This document shows, in pieces, positions 63,293-64,000 of a stretch of 64,000 nt of DNA. A model generated the notes under the pieces. That model was not told the origin of the DNA, made no database searches, and saw only the letters and a program-made list of their open reading frames with translations. Origin of the DNA: a plasmid. Every line of letters begins with the position of its first letter. Positions within the stretch are counted from its first letter, which is position 1. The stretch lies in the sequence record NZ_LR134454.1; one strand, given 5' to 3'. The position numbers and the translations under genes are program-made.

Positions 63293-63378
63293 CGCCCTCC
63301 ATCATGCCCGGTCCGGGCCGGGACGGGTGGGCGGTGTAGCGGTTGGGGCGGGTCGACGGTGCCGTAATAGGCTGGTCG

Positions 63379-64000
63379 GGTGATCGACGTCAAGCTGGTA
63401 CGCGAGAACCCGGACCGTGTACGCGCCTCGCAGCGCGCCCGTGGAGAGGACCCGGCGCTGGTCGACGCCCTGCTGTCCGCCGACGCGGACCGTCGGGCCG
63501 CGGTGCTGGCGGCCGACACGCTGCGGGCCGAGCACAAGGCCTCGTCGAAGTCGATCGGCAAGGCGGCGCCCGAGGACCGCAAGGCCCTCGTCGCCGCGGC
63601 GGGCGAGCTCGCCGCGAAGGTCAAGGAGGCCGAGGTCGCGCAGAGCCGCGCCGACGAGGTCTTCGACGAGGTCGCGCGGAAGATCGGCAACGTCATCATC
63701 GACGGGGTGCCCGCCGGCGGCGAGGACGACTTCGAGGTGCTCGAGCACGTGGGCGAGATCCCCGAGATCGAGAACCCCAAGGATCACCTCGAGCTGGCCG
63801 AGGGCCTGGGCCTGCTCGACATGGAGCGCGGCGCCAAGGTCTCGGGCTCGCGGTTCTACTTCATGAAGGGCTACGGCGCGCTGTTCCAGATGGCGCTGCT
63901 GCAGCTCGCGGTGCAGAAGGCCGTGGCCAACGGCTTCACGCTGATGATCCCGCCCGTGCTGGTCAAGCCCGAGGTCATGGCGGGCACCGGCTTCCTCGGC
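63379..64000 (+). CDS. serS: Seryl-tRNA synthetase (N-terminal part; continues beyond the window)
   Basis: GTG start. N-terminal coiled-coil ([13 protein letters not shown]...). Class II core motif begins (GSRFYFMKG). Confidence 0.9.

Noticed and set aside
60975-63305. 776-aa minus-strand ORF and the 705-aa plus-strand ORF at 61250-63367
   Set aside because: Overlap deoD, the metallopeptidase and the septum-formation gene in the wrong frame or strand. Arg/Gly/Pro-rich.

Overview
High-GC (~70%) actinobacterial chromosome, Corynebacteriales-like (probably a Gordonia/Rhodococcus/Mycobacterium relative). Most of the window is housekeeping: gltBD, gabD2, sodA, pheA, deoD, serS, plus transporters, regulators and conserved hypotheticals. 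The accessory part spans ~14.8-33 kb and is the main result: a compact ESX/type VII secretion locus (eccC, eccD, a lipoprotein lytic transglycosylase, a DUF4185 protein), transcribed divergently from a cassette of two WXG100 genes, a small secreted protein and a 1591-aa polymorphic toxin with a predicted C-terminal HNH/GH-E-like nuclease domain. Downstream of the toxin is an ankyrin-repeat candidate immunity gene and further small ORFs in a low-GC (~50-60%) island. The arrangement mirrors the esxE-esxF-cpnT-immunity operon and Firmicute LXG-toxin/T7SSb systems, but with a different toxin architecture and an apparently minimal ESX core (no EccB/MycP/EccE in the window). Other points of interest: an EspR-like regulator with an HEXXH (ImmA/IrrE-like) partner, a candidate Mn2+ (yybP-ykoY) riboswitch leader upstream of a GDT1/UPF0016 gene, a Ser/Gly-rich secreted low-complexity protein, and several palindromes and direct repeats. 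Several long ORFs in the supplied six-frame track are GC-bias antisense or alternative-frame artefacts and were rejected.
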